Shown here in pieces: positions 29,779 to 39,388 of a stretch of DNA of 50,150 bases. Every line of letters starts with the position of its first letter. The stretch's first letter is position 1. The notes beneath the pieces were generated by a model, which did no database searches, was not told where the DNA came from, and worked only from the letters and a program-made list of their open reading frames with translations. Location: contig JAXSPP010000010.1 of assembly GCA_037927135.1 (NCBI GenBank), positions 1-50,150 on the forward strand. The letters are read 5' to 3'. This stretch comes from Candidatus Pampinifervens sinense. Its GTDB lineage: Bacteria > Aquificota > Aquificia > Aquificales > Aquificaceae. Made by a program: the position numbers and the translations under genes.

Positions 29779-30975
29779 ATGAAGAAGTTTGTAGAAATTT
29801 CTATGGACCTTGCCCAGAAATGTGTCAAGTGTGGGCTCTGTAAATCTGTTTGCCCTACATACCCCTACATAGAAGAAGAGGGTGGCTATGCCCGTGGAAG
29901 GCTTGCCCTAGCGGAGATGGTTTTAAAAGGAGAACTTCCACTAACGGAAGAGGTTTCAAAACACTGGGATGAGTGTGCCATGTGTAGGCGCTGTGAGTGG
30001 GTATGTCCCAACAGTGTGGAATACAAGGAAATATTGGTTCATGCTAGAAATATGCAGAGGGAGATCCTTGGAGAAAAGGCTGTCAAAGCCCTTGGCCTGA
30101 AGGCCCTTGAGTTTATACAATCTGGTGCAGGAAGGAAAGTTATAAAGCTTGCTGGGAAGCTCTTAGAACCCTTACCCTTTACAGAGGTAAAAACACCCTT
30201 TCCCACAGGAGCTGTAAAGTTTATGCCAAAGCCTACAGCAAAAGCCTTTGGCCTAAGAGGAAAGGTCTTCAAGGCGGAAAAGGAGAAGGGAAAACTTCTC
30301 TTCTTTACAGGCTGTATGATTGACGCCTTTTATGGAAAGACTGGAGAAAACGTTATAAAGCTTATGAACAAGGCTGGCTACACAGTTATAGTGCCGGAGG
30401 ATATAAGATGCTGTGGAGCGCCCCATTATTACTCTGGAAACTTGCCGGCCTTTGAAAGGCTAAAAGAACACAACCTAAGGGAGATGGAAAGGTATGAGTT
30501 TGATGCGGTGGTGGTGGCCTGTCCCACTTGCGGTGGAGCCTTACAAGAGGATTATAAGCTTTCCAAGCCTGTCTATGACTTTGCCCAGATAGTCTTTGAA
30601 AGCCCTTTAAAGTTTAAAGGTTCTGGAAATAGCTTAACCTTCCATGTGCCTTGCCACTCATACAGCGCCATGAAGGTAAGCGATAAGGTCTTTTATGGAG
30701 TAATGGAGAGGATTGAAGGCGATGAGGTAAAAAAGGCGGAAAAGGACAAGTCTTGCTGTGGCTTTGCAGGTCTCTTTTCCATAACAAACCCTAAAATGTC
30801 AGACCAGATACAAAGGGAAAAGATAGAGGACCTTAAGAAAACAAAGGCTAATGTGGTGCTTACCACATGTCCAGGCTGTGTTTTGAACTTAAAGGATGGA
30901 GTTAAAAAGCACAAAACAGGCCAAGAGGTCATGCACTTGGCAGACTATTTAGCGGAAAGCTTGGAAGAAGGTTAA
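29779..30975 (+). CDS. GlcF-like Fe-S oxidoreductase (2x[4Fe-4S] + two CCG domains)
   Basis: CVKCGLCKSVCP, CAMCRRCEWVCP, CCGAP, CCGFAG, CPGC. Confidence 0.85.
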   Translation: MKKFVEISMDLAQKCVKCGLCKSVCPTYPYIEEEGGYARGRLALAEMVLKGELPLTEEVSKHWDECAMCRRCEWVCPNSVEYKEILVHARNMQREILGEKAVKALGLKALEFIQSGAGRKVIKLAGKLLEPLPFTEVKTPFPTGAVKFMPKPTAKAFGLRGKVFKAEKEKGKLLFFTGCMIDAFYGKTGENVIKLMNKAGYTVIVPEDIRCCGAPHYYSGNLPAFERLKEHNLREMERYEFDAVVVACPTCGGALQEDYKLSKPVYDFAQIVFESPLKFKGSGNSLTFHVPCHSYSAMKVSDKVFYGVMERIEGDEVKKAEKDKSCCGFAGLFSITNPKMSDQIQREKIEDLKKTKANVVLTTCPGCVLNLKDGVKKHKTGQEVMHLADYLAESLEEG

Positions 30976-30984
30976 AATATAGCC

Positions 30985-31965
30985 ATGCGCATACTTGTAA
31001 CTGGTGGCGCGGGCTACATAGGTTCCCATATGGTAAAGCTTCTTGGAGAAAGGGGCTATGAGGTTCTCACGGTGGATAACCTATCGGAGGGAAACTCTTG
31101 GGCCGTTTTGTATGGAGACCTAAAGGTTGTGGACCTTCTCAACTACAAGGCCCTTGAGGAGGTGCTTTTGGACTTTAGGCCACAGGCCGTAATTCACTTT
31201 GCCGCAAAGGTAAAGGTGCCAGAAAGCGTAAAAAAGCCCTTACTATACTATGAGAACAACTTTATGGGAACTGTGAACCTTCTACAAGCCATGGAGAGGG
31301 CCAGTGTTAAATACCTTATTTTCTCTTCCACTGCGGCCGTTTACGGCATTCCCAAAAGCGTGCCGGTAAAGGAAGAGGACCCAACTATACCTATAAACCC
31401 CTACGGCTGGAGCAAGCTATTTGCAGAGAGGGCCATAAAGGATTTTGCTCCCCTTAGTGGTATAAGGTATGCTATACTCCGATACTTTAATGTGGCTGGC
31501 GCAGACCCAGAAGGCAAAATAGGACAGGTTAGCAAAGAACCAACCCATCTTATCCTTAGGGCAGTAAAGGTGGCCACAGGCCAGATACCCTACCTTGAGG
31601 TCTTTGGCACAGACTATCCCACACCCGATGGCACATGCATAAGGGACTTTGTGCATGTTATGGACCTATGCGAGGCCCACCTTAAAGCCTTGGAATATCT
31701 TATAAGCGGCGGAGAAAGTGATGTATTCAACATAGGCTACGGCAAAGGCTATTCGGTGCTTGAGGTGATAGAAAAAGTAAAAGAGGTTTCTGGTGTGGAC
31801 TTTAAGGTGGTCTATGCACCAAGAAGGGAAGGAGACCCACCAGCCCTTATAGCGGATAACACAAAGGCCAAAGAGATATTGAAATGGCAACCAAGGTATG
31901 ATGACTTGGGATTTATCATAAAAACTGCATTGGATTGGGAAAAGGCCTATATTTATTCAAAATGA
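30985..31965 (+). CDS. galE: UDP-glucose 4-epimerase
   Basis: TGGAGYIGSH, PYGWSK, LRYFNVAGA, DGTCIRDFVHV. Confidence 0.95.
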   Translation: MRILVTGGAGYIGSHMVKLLGERGYEVLTVDNLSEGNSWAVLYGDLKVVDLLNYKALEEVLLDFRPQAVIHFAAKVKVPESVKKPLLYYENNFMGTVNLLQAMERASVKYLIFSSTAAVYGIPKSVPVKEEDPTIPINPYGWSKLFAERAIKDFAPLSGIRYAILRYFNVAGADPEGKIGQVSKEPTHLILRAVKVATGQIPYLEVFGTDYPTPDGTCIRDFVHVMDLCEAHLKALEYLISGGESDVFNIGYGKGYSVLEVIEKVKEVSGVDFKVVYAPRREGDPPALIADNTKAKEILKWQPRYDDLGFIIKTALDWEKAYIYSK

Positions 31966-32273
31966 AGGAATTGGAAATTTTAGAAAAGTTAAAAGAGATA
32001 CGGGACCCTGAAATACCCATAGATATTGTTAACCTTGGGCTTGTTTATGGTGTGTATTTAAAGGATGGTGTGGCTCACATAGACATGACTCTAACCGTTC
32101 CCTCTTGCCCTGCCAAAGGCTTTTTTGCCCAGCACATAAGGGACCATATACTAAAAAACTTCCCAGAGCTTAAGGATGTTGTGGTAAACTTTGTATTTGA
32201 ACCTGCGTGGAGCAAGGATAAAATATCCCAAGAAGGCATACAAAAACTTAGGAGTATGGGATGGAATATTTAA
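31962..32273 (+). CDS. DUF59/SufT-family metal-sulfur cluster assembly factor
   Basis: DPEIPIDIVNLGLVY...TLTVPSCP; ATG 31962 overlaps galE stop. Confidence 0.88.
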   Translation: MKELEILEKLKEIRDPEIPIDIVNLGLVYGVYLKDGVAHIDMTLTVPSCPAKGFFAQHIRDHILKNFPELKDVVVNFVFEPAWSKDKISQEGIQKLRSMGWNI

Positions 32274-32746
32274 AGGATAAGTTTAGGGCCCTTGCGGAAG
32301 CTATAGAAAGAGAGTCGGTTTTGGTGCATCGTGCAGCCCTTGTGGATGGATATAAGGATATTTACAAGCTTAGCAGGCTTGGCATAGACAGGGTTATTAA
32401 GAAGGCAACAGAGCTTGGTGGGAGGAAAGGTGCAAAGATACTAAAGGAAAGGTATGGCATATACACAGACAGGCTTGACGAGGCCCTTGAGGTGCTTACA
32501 GTCATAGCCGAGTCCTCAAGGCTTTTGGACGTTTTTGAGTATGACCTGGATAAGATGGAGATAAGGGTGGATGGGTCCATACTGGTGGAGGCTGTAGGTG
32601 AAAGTAAAAAGCCTGTATGCGAGCCTATGGCTGGCTTTTTTGAAGGCTTTTTGAGCGAACTGCTTGAAAAGAAGTACAGCATAAAAGAAGTAGCATGTAG
32701 AGCGCAAGGCCACGAAAGGTGTATTTTTAAGATATCACAGAAGTAA
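32261..32746 (+). CDS. Stand-alone V4R (4-vinyl reductase) domain protein
   Basis: PVCEPMAGFFEG...EVACRAQGHERCIF. Confidence 0.8.
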   Translation: MEYLKDKFRALAEAIERESVLVHRAALVDGYKDIYKLSRLGIDRVIKKATELGGRKGAKILKERYGIYTDRLDEALEVLTVIAESSRLLDVFEYDLDKMEIRVDGSILVEAVGESKKPVCEPMAGFFEGFLSELLEKKYSIKEVACRAQGHERCIFKISQK

Positions 32747-32747
32747 G

Positions 32748-33146
32748 ATGGCGGTATTTAAGGTAAGGACTACCAAGCATACAAGCTTTGTAAACATAAC
32801 CAATCAAGTTAGAGAGTTAGTTAGAGCCTCTGGTGTAAAGTCTGGCCTATGTCTTGTATACACACCACATACTACAGCCTGCATCTTTATAAACGAGGGT
32901 GCGGACCCAGATGTGATAAAGGATATAGCCTACTCCCTTGAAAAGCTTGTCCCATGGAGAGACAGTTATGCCCACTCAGAAGGAAACTCTGCAGCCCACA
33001 TAAGGAGTGCCATCATAGGCAACTCAAGGGTCATACCCATAGAGAACGGGGACCTCATGCTTGGCACATGGGAGGCCATATTCCTTGCAGACTTTGACGG
33101 CCCAAGGGAAAGGAAAGTGATAGTTAAGATCATTAAGGAGGAGTAG
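32748..33146 (+). CDS. YjbQ/UPF0047 family protein
   Basis: PHTTA..INE, NSAAHIRS, LGTWEAIFLADFDGPRER. Confidence 0.9.
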   Translation: MAVFKVRTTKHTSFVNITNQVRELVRASGVKSGLCLVYTPHTTACIFINEGADPDVIKDIAYSLEKLVPWRDSYAHSEGNSAAHIRSAIIGNSRVIPIENGDLMLGTWEAIFLADFDGPRERKVIVKIIKEE

Positions 33147-34442
33147 ATGGAATACCTTTTGGCCTTTCTGGTTTTGATAGGTGTTTTGGTGTGGTTCCAT
33201 GAGTTTGGCCACTTTCTGATGGCCAAGCTGTTTGGTGTAAAGGTGGAGATATTCTCCATAGGCTTTGGTCCAGCACTCTTTAGCAAAAGGCTTGGTGATA
33301 CAGAATACAGAATATCTGCCCTTCCGCTGGGTGGCTATGTAAAGCTCTATGGAGAGGAGGAGGAAATAAAGGATCCGAGGGCCTTTTCTTCCAAGCCAGG
33401 CTGGCAAAAGATACTTATAGCCTTTGGCGGCCCACTCTTTAACTTCATCCTTGCCGTTTTACTCTTCACCTTCCTTTTGGCTGTTGAAAGGGAGGTTCCC
33501 AAGTATCTTTATGAAAAGCCTGTAGTGGGCCATGTGGCAGAAAACAGCTTGGCTCAAAAGCTTGGTATAAGGGAAGGTGATATCATTGTGGAGATAAACT
33601 CAAAAAGGGTGGAAAGCTGGAAGGATGTGGAAACTGCTATTCTTGACAATGTGCTTGCCAAAGAGTGGAGGGTGGAGGTTTTAAGGGAAGGGAAAAGGAT
33701 AAGCCTTTATACGAAGGAGAAGCTTGGAAAGATAACTGGGTTTGGTGCAGAGCCTTACATTCCTGCGGTAATTGGCTTTGTTGTAGAGGATAGTCCGGCC
33801 TTTCAAGTGGGCCTTCGCAAAGGAGACAAGATACTAAAAGTTAATGGAAAGGATGTAAAAGGCTGGCATGAGCTGGTAGGCTACATAAGGCAATCAAAGG
33901 GAAATCCTATCACTTTGACCGTTGAAAGGAATGGAGTAATTGAAGAAAAGACCGTTGTGCCAAAGGTGGATAAGGAAAGGGGCATGCCCATATTGGGTAT
34001 AGCTCCATATACGGAAAAGGTTAAGGTAAAAGAGCCATTACATAAAGCCTTCCTAGAGGGTGTTGAAAAGACCTATGCCCTTAGCCTATTGTCCCTCAAG
34101 GCCATCTGGCAACTCATAACAGGTGAGCTTTCCATAAGGACCCTTGGTGGTCCCATAGCCATAGCCCAGCTTGCGGGCGAGTCTGCCCAGCAAGGTCTTC
34201 TTCCTTTCATAGGCATGATGGCTTTTATCTCCGTCCAGCTTGCCATTTTTAACCTTATTCCTTTACCAGTTCTTGACGGTGGCCTTATACTGCTCTTTCT
34301 TATAGAGTCCATAAGGAGAAAACCTCTTTCTCCAAGGTTCAAAGAGGTATGGGTGAAGACGGGCTATGCCATCATAATAGCCCTTGCAAGCTTTGTTATG
34401 ATAAACGACCTATTGAGGCTGTTAAGCGGCGGTAAGTTTTAA
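33147..34442 (+). CDS. rseP: RIP metalloprotease RseP
   Basis: HEFGH, two PDZ domains, [11 protein letters not shown]. Confidence 0.95.
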   Translation: MEYLLAFLVLIGVLVWFHEFGHFLMAKLFGVKVEIFSIGFGPALFSKRLGDTEYRISALPLGGYVKLYGEEEEIKDPRAFSSKPGWQKILIAFGGPLFNFILAVLLFTFLLAVEREVPKYLYEKPVVGHVAENSLAQKLGIREGDIIVEINSKRVESWKDVETAILDNVLAKEWRVEVLREGKRISLYTKEKLGKITGFGAEPYIPAVIGFVVEDSPAFQVGLRKGDKILKVNGKDVKGWHELVGYIRQSKGNPITLTVERNGVIEEKTVVPKVDKERGMPILGIAPYTEKVKVKEPLHKAFLEGVEKTYALSLLSLKAIWQLITGELSIRTLGGPIAIAQLAGESAQQGLLPFIGMMAFISVQLAIFNLIPLPVLDGGLILLFLIESIRRKPLSPRFKEVWVKTGYAIIIALASFVMINDLLRLLSGGKF

Positions 34443-35095
34443 AAAGGCCTTCCTGGAACCTTCTCCCAGTCCTTCAAGAAAAGCTCTATACCCTTATCCG
34501 TCAAAGGATGGTGGAAGAGTTTTTTCATCACCTCAAAGGGCATGGTGCATATATCAGCACCTATGAGGGCTGCCTCCACCACGTGCATGGGATGTCTCAC
34601 GCTGGCCACTATCACCTCCGTATCCTCAATTCCATAGTTGTTGAATATCTGCATTATGTCCCTTATAAGCTTCATACCATCTCCCGAAATATCGTCAATC
34701 CTGCCAACGAAGGGTGATATGTAGCTTGCTCCTGCCTTTGCTGCCACCAAGGCCTGTGCGGGTGAAAAGATAAGGGTTACATTGGTGGGAATGCCTTCCG
34801 ACTCCAATATCTGAACAGCCTTTATACCTTCAGGCGTCATAGGTATCTTTACTACAACATTGTCGCCCAACTCTGCCAACATTTTACCTTCCCTTACCAT
34901 ACCCTCCGTATCCCTTGACACCGTCTCCAGGCTTACAGGCCCATCTACCAAACTAAGGATCTCCTTAACCACCTCCATAAAGGGCCTTCCAGTTTTCGCT
35001 ATAAGGCTTGGGTTTGTGGTAACTCCGTCCAATATGCCCCACTCAAGGGCCTGCTTTATCTCATCCACATTACCTGTATCAAGGAAAAAGCGCAT
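34439..35095 (-). CDS. tal: Transaldolase (short TalC/FSA-like family)
   Basis: [14 protein letters not shown] Schiff-base Lys; Glu in VSLE and Phe in SPFVGR favour transaldolase over FSA. Confidence 0.9.
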   Translation of the reverse strand: MRFFLDTGNVDEIKQALEWGILDGVTTNPSLIAKTGRPFMEVVKEILSLVDGPVSLETVSRDTEGMVREGKMLAELGDNVVVKIPMTPEGIKAVQILESEGIPTNVTLIFSPAQALVAAKAGASYISPFVGRIDDISGDGMKLIRDIMQIFNNYGIEDTEVIVASVRHPMHVVEAALIGADICTMPFEVMKKLFHHPLTDKGIELFLKDWEKVPGRPF

Positions 35096-35098
35096 AGC

Positions 35099-35473
35099 TC
35101 ACACCTCCTTTAGGATTCTCTCCGCTTTTACATAGCCCACAAAAGCCTTCTTTATTATACCATCCTTCACTACCAGAGTGGTAGGTGTTGCCAAAACGCC
35201 AAGCTCTTTGGCCCTTTGATAGCCATCGGGTGTAGCTACATTTATCTCTAAAACCTTCACCACCTTTTTAAGTCTATCTATCTCTGGCTTCATCATCTTA
35301 CAGGCTCCGCACCGCTCAGAGTAAAAGTAGACTACACCATCACCCTTTAGTATACCGGCTTCCCTTCCTTGCATACTAAAAGCCCTCCTTTTGATAAAAA
35401 GTCCAAGAAAGAACCGTAAGGTGAAGAAAAGGGCAAGCAAAAGGGCTAAAAGCTTCAAAAGGTCTTCCATCAT
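35099..35473 (-). CDS. Membrane-anchored thioredoxin-family protein
   Basis: N-terminal TM, CGAC active site, cis-Pro ATPT. Confidence 0.85.
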   Translation of the reverse strand: MMEDLLKLLALLLALFFTLRFFLGLFIKRRAFSMQGREAGILKGDGVVYFYSERCGACKMMKPEIDRLKKVVKVLEINVATPDGYQRAKELGVLATPTTLVVKDGIIKKAFVGYVKAERILKEV

Positions 35474-36228
35474 TTATGCCTCCCTGACTCTTCTAAGCCT
35501 AGCAACCTCTTTAACTTTTTCACCTCATCTTCCTTCAGATCCCTCCACTGTCCGGGCCTTAAATTGCCTAGGCTTATAGGCCCTATGGCAACCCTCTTTA
35601 GCTTTATAACCTTATGGCCAAAGTGGGCGCAGAACCTCTTTACTATATGCTTCCTCCCTTCATGAAAGACTATCTCCAGCAGGCTTTTATCCTTTTGAAC
35701 CCTCAAAAGCTTTACACTGTCTGGTTTAGCAAAGCCATCTTCAAGCATGGCCCCTTTCCTCATCGCTTTTACCTTTTCCTCGCTCACCTTCCCCCTCACC
35801 CACACAAGATAAGTTTTTGGAAGCTTATACCTAGGATGCATGATCCTGTTAGCAAGCTCACCATCGTTGGTAAGAATTAAAAGGCCCTCTGCGTTGTAAT
35901 CAAGCCTGCCCGCAGGATACACCCTCTCTGGTATGTCCTTTATGAGTTCCTGTATGGTCCTTTTGCCGTCCTTTCCTTCCCCAAGGGCCGTAAGATAACA
36001 ACAGGGCTTGTAAAGGATTATGTATCTATACTTTGGTGGCTTTATTTCTTTTCCGTCCACCTCCACCACATCTTTTTCCGGGTCCACCCTCCAGCCAAAC
36101 TCCCTTACCACAAGGCCGTTTACCTTTACCCTCCCCTGCAATATAAGCTCATCCGCCTTCCTCCTTGAGGCCACACCACACATGGAAAGGTATCTGTTTA
36201 GCCTTACCAATACCTTTCCTCCTTCCAT
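35470..36228 (-). CDS. rRNA pseudouridine synthase (RsuA/RluB family)
   Basis: S4 domain (GVASRRKAD), YPAGRLD, EGRKH. Confidence 0.92.
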   Translation of the reverse strand: MEGGKVLVRLNRYLSMCGVASRRKADELILQGRVKVNGLVVREFGWRVDPEKDVVEVDGKEIKPPKYRYIILYKPCCYLTALGEGKDGKRTIQELIKDIPERVYPAGRLDYNAEGLLILTNDGELANRIMHPRYKLPKTYLVWVRGKVSEEKVKAMRKGAMLEDGFAKPDSVKLLRVQKDKSLLEIVFHEGRKHIVKRFCAHFGHKVIKLKRVAIGPISLGNLRPGQWRDLKEDEVKKLKRLLGLEESGRHK

Positions 36229-36794
36229 GGGTCCCCCCTCATGTTATAGCCTCTCTGTTCCCAAAAGCCGGGCACATCCACTTCTAACAGCTCTATTCCC
36301 CACACATACTTGGCGCTCTTCCATGCATAGAGTCTTGGCACCACAAGCCTAAGAGGAAAGCCATGCCTCAATGGTATGGGCTTCCCATACATCTTGTAAG
36401 CCAGTATGCTATCCTCGTAATAAAGATACTCAAGGGGCAGGTTGGTTGTGTAGCCTTCAAGGCAGTGGATGAGGGCATATTTGGCGTTGGCCTTTGGCTT
36501 GGCAAGGTTCAAAACATAAGAGGTTTGCACACCTTCCCAAACTATATCTTTTACACTCCAGCGTGTAACGCAGTGAAAGTCTGCCACAAGCTCCACAGAG
36601 GGAAGGCTTAGAATCTCTTCATAGGTTAGTTCAATAGGATTCTCCACAAGGCCAAAAACCTTAAATCTATAGCTGTTTATGTCCCACTGGGGCACCTCAT
36701 CCACTATGTCATAGACTATAGGCGCAGAGATCCACCTTTGGCCCGGTGGCAGGCGGTCTTCTCTAAGGTTTATAGGACTTACGATCCTCTTCAT
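36204..36794 (-). CDS. Sulfite oxidase-like molybdopterin oxidoreductase (YuiH-like)
   Basis: RLPPGQ, DFHCVTRWS, HGFPLRL, YAWKSAK, GFWEQRGY. Confidence 0.88.
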   Translation of the reverse strand: MKRIVSPINLREDRLPPGQRWISAPIVYDIVDEVPQWDINSYRFKVFGLVENPIELTYEEILSLPSVELVADFHCVTRWSVKDIVWEGVQTSYVLNLAKPKANAKYALIHCLEGYTTNLPLEYLYYEDSILAYKMYGKPIPLRHGFPLRLVVPRLYAWKSAKYVWGIELLEVDVPGFWEQRGYNMRGDPWKEERYW

Positions 36795-36812
36795 AGTTTT
36801 TGATTATATGCC

Positions 36813-37532
36813 TCACCAGCTAAAATCTCTACCAAGGTATACCTCCCTCACATCCTCCCTTTCACTCACCTGGTGCGGATCACCTTCCGCCAATATCTTG
36901 CCATCGCTGATTATATACACCCTATCCACCATCCTTATAGCCTCTCTCACATTATGATCCGTTATAAGCACTCCTATATTTTGATGCTTTAATTCAAGGA
37001 TCATAGACCTGATATCCGAAATCATTATGGGATCTATGCCTGTAAAGGGCTCATCAAAGAATATATACTTAGGCTTAGGAATCAGTGCCCTTGCCACCTC
37101 AAGCCTCCTCTTTTGACCTCCCGAAAGCTTTCCAGCCTTTTGATCTTTTAACTCCAAAAGCCCAAAATCTCCCAAAAGCTCCTCTGCCCTTGCCAACTGG
37201 CTTTCCCTACTTTCCTCAAAAAACTCAAGGAATATAAGAAGGTTTTCCAGCACGGTTAGGTCTTCAAAAAGGGTATGTTCTTGTGGTAAAAAGGCTATGC
37301 CCTTTTTTGCCCTTCTGTGGGCAGGCATATGGGTAATGTCTTCCCCATCAAGCTCTATCTTTCCACCATCTACAGGCAGAAAGCCCACAAGACAGTTAAA
37401 CAGGGTCGTTTTGCCAGCCCCGTTTGGGCCCAAAAGGCCCACTATCTCCCCCCTTTTTAGCTCCAAGTCTATACCCTTTAGCACTTCCCTCTTTTTAAAA
37501 AACTTCCTTATACCTCTTGCAATTAGCACCAT
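36813..37532 (-). CDS. lptB: LPS export ABC transporter ATPase LptB
   Basis: GPNGAGKT, LSGGQKRRLE, DEPFTGIDP, ITDHNVRE, VYLG; true start may be GTG at 37529. Confidence 0.92.
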   Translation of the reverse strand: MVLIARGIRKFFKKREVLKGIDLELKRGEIVGLLGPNGAGKTTLFNCLVGFLPVDGGKIELDGEDITHMPAHRRAKKGIAFLPQEHTLFEDLTVLENLLIFLEFFEESRESQLARAEELLGDFGLLELKDQKAGKLSGGQKRRLEVARALIPKPKYIFFDEPFTGIDPIMISDIRSMILELKHQNIGVLITDHNVREAIRMVDRVYIISDGKILAEGDPHQVSEREDVREVYLGRDFSW

Positions 37533-37552
37533 AAAGATTTTAAACTATTGGC

Positions 37553-38209
37553 ATGATACCGATAAAGGATATAAACCCTCACAGAAGCTTCCCCATAGTT
37601 AATCTAAGCATAATAATCATCTGTTCCATCCTTTGGCTCTATGAGGTCAGCTTATCGGATGAGGAACTCCAGCTCTTTATCTATCAATATGGACTTGTGC
37701 CCGCCTACCTTTTTGAAAGACCCCACACTTTGTTGACTCATATGTTCCTACATGGAAGCTGGCTACACATAATAGGCAACATGTGGTTTCTTTGGGTCTT
37801 TGGAGACAACGTAGAAGACAGGCTAGGAAAGGCAAAGTATCTCATCTTTTACATCCTTTCTGGGCTTGGAGCAGCCATCATTCAAACCCTTGTTAGCCTT
37901 CTTTTTGGCGGTGAGGAAATCCCTATGGTAGGTGCCAGCGGGGCCATAAGCGGTGTGCTTGGTGCATACCTTTGGATGTTTCCCAATGCAAGAATACTGG
38001 CCCTGGTTCCTGTCTTCTTCTTCCTTACCTTTATGGAACTTCCTGCGGTCTTCTTCATAGGCATGTGGATACTCATACAGATCATAAACGGGCTTATAAC
38101 ACTGCCCTTTGCGGGCATGGGTGGCGTGGCATGGTTTGCCCATATAGGTGGCTTTTTTGTAGGCTACTTTTTGGCAAAGAGGTTCTACACCAAAAGGTTT
38201 TATTTGTAA
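37553..38209 (+). CDS. Rhomboid family intramembrane serine protease
   Basis: HGSWLHIIGNM, GASG catalytic Ser, AHIGG catalytic His. Confidence 0.93.
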   Translation: MIPIKDINPHRSFPIVNLSIIIICSILWLYEVSLSDEELQLFIYQYGLVPAYLFERPHTLLTHMFLHGSWLHIIGNMWFLWVFGDNVEDRLGKAKYLIFYILSGLGAAIIQTLVSLLFGGEEIPMVGASGAISGVLGAYLWMFPNARILALVPVFFFLTFMELPAVFFIGMWILIQIINGLITLPFAGMGGVAWFAHIGGFFVGYFLAKRFYTKRFYL

Positions 38210-38275
38210 CTTTGTTGCAGATAATTCTATAAACCCACCCAAAAATATACTCAAAACCTTCAAGGAGGTGCTATC

Positions 38276-38749
38276 ATGAAAAAGTTTTTAGCTATGGCAT
38301 TAGCAACAAGCTTTAGCTTTGTGTTGGCAGAGTCCTTTAAGGTGGCTCCAGAAAAGTACAGAAGCTGGAACCATGTGAAAAGCATGGTCATTTTTGACCA
38401 AAAACATCCTCTCTTCAACCCCTTTAGCGGTATTCACCATGTTTATGTAAACCATAAGGGGCTTAATACCATAAAAAGGGATGGTAAAAGGACCTTTCCC
38501 GATGGGTCGGTTATAGCCATAGTTTTTTATGAACATGTGCTTGATAATGGTGCCTACGTGGAGGGAGCCAAGAAGATAGAGGCTTTTATGGTAAAGGATA
38601 GAAAAAGGTATAAGTCCACCGATGGTTGGGGCTATTTTGCCTACGACGGGAAGGGCAACAGCTTGGTAAAGGATATGGCAAAAGATTGCCATTCCTGTCA
38701 TTCTCAGGTAAGGGATAAGGACTTTGTCTTTTCTGTATGGACAAGGTAG
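38276..38749 (+). CDS. Cytochrome P460-family / cytochrome c'-beta periplasmic monoheme protein
   Basis: Signal peptide, YRSW, GIHHVYVN, FPDGS, MVKD...GWGY, C-terminal CHSCH...DFVF. Confidence 0.85.
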   Translation: MKKFLAMALATSFSFVLAESFKVAPEKYRSWNHVKSMVIFDQKHPLFNPFSGIHHVYVNHKGLNTIKRDGKRTFPDGSVIAIVFYEHVLDNGAYVEGAKKIEAFMVKDRKRYKSTDGWGYFAYDGKGNSLVKDMAKDCHSCHSQVRDKDFVFSVWTR

Positions 38750-38750
38750 G

Positions 38751-39371
38751 CTAAAGGCGTGCCCTGTCCGCCCGCTTGCTTAAGGCCTCATGGTCTTTTA
38801 TAAACAACCCACCCCGGCATAAGCTGATAAACCCTTCCCTTTCAAGCTCCTTTAAGACCCTGCTAACCACCACCCTTGTGCTGCCTATATCCTTGGCTAT
38901 CTCCTCGTGGGTCTTTTTAATCAAGGACCCACCTTTTGAACATGAGAGCAGGTAGCTTATTAACCTTTCTCTAACGCTCTCCGATACCATGGAGTTAAGC
39001 ATAGCCATAAGGCTCAAAAGGTTTTCCGAAAGCACCTTCATAAAAAGGGAACGCCACCAATGGTTTTCTTCAAACCACCTTATGGCAACCTCTGAAGGTA
39101 TCATACAAACATAAGAATCCTCCTCAGCCACCGTATAGGCAGGGTATTCAGCCTTAGAATAGGCGGTAAGCATGGCAATGATGCACATCTGGTTTGGAAA
39201 AACCCTATAGAGGGTAAGCTCCCTACCCGATTGGGATATAAGGTAAACCTTTAGAACTCCATCCTTCACAAATGGGACTTCAGAGCAAACATTGCCTTCT
39301 GAAAAGATAAGGGAACCTTTTTCTATCTTCTGCGGAGGATAGCTTCTTTCTATAAAATTTGTGGTGAGCAT
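38751..39371 (-). CDS. Crp/Fnr family transcriptional regulator
   Basis: cNMP-type domain (SGRELTLYRV) and HTH (THEEIAKDIGSTRVVVSRVLK). Confidence 0.9.
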   Translation of the reverse strand: MLTTNFIERSYPPQKIEKGSLIFSEGNVCSEVPFVKDGVLKVYLISQSGRELTLYRVFPNQMCIIAMLTAYSKAEYPAYTVAEEDSYVCMIPSEVAIRWFEENHWWRSLFMKVLSENLLSLMAMLNSMVSESVRERLISYLLSCSKGGSLIKKTHEEIAKDIGSTRVVVSRVLKELEREGFISLCRGGLFIKDHEALSKRADRARL

Positions 39372-39388
39372 ACCTTAAAATATAAACC
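39372..39388. promoter_or_regulatory. Overlapping bidirectional -10 elements serving two divergent genes
   Basis: + TAAAAT 39376-39381, 7 nt to ridA ATG; - TATATT 39384-39379, 7 nt to crp ATG. Confidence 0.6.
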
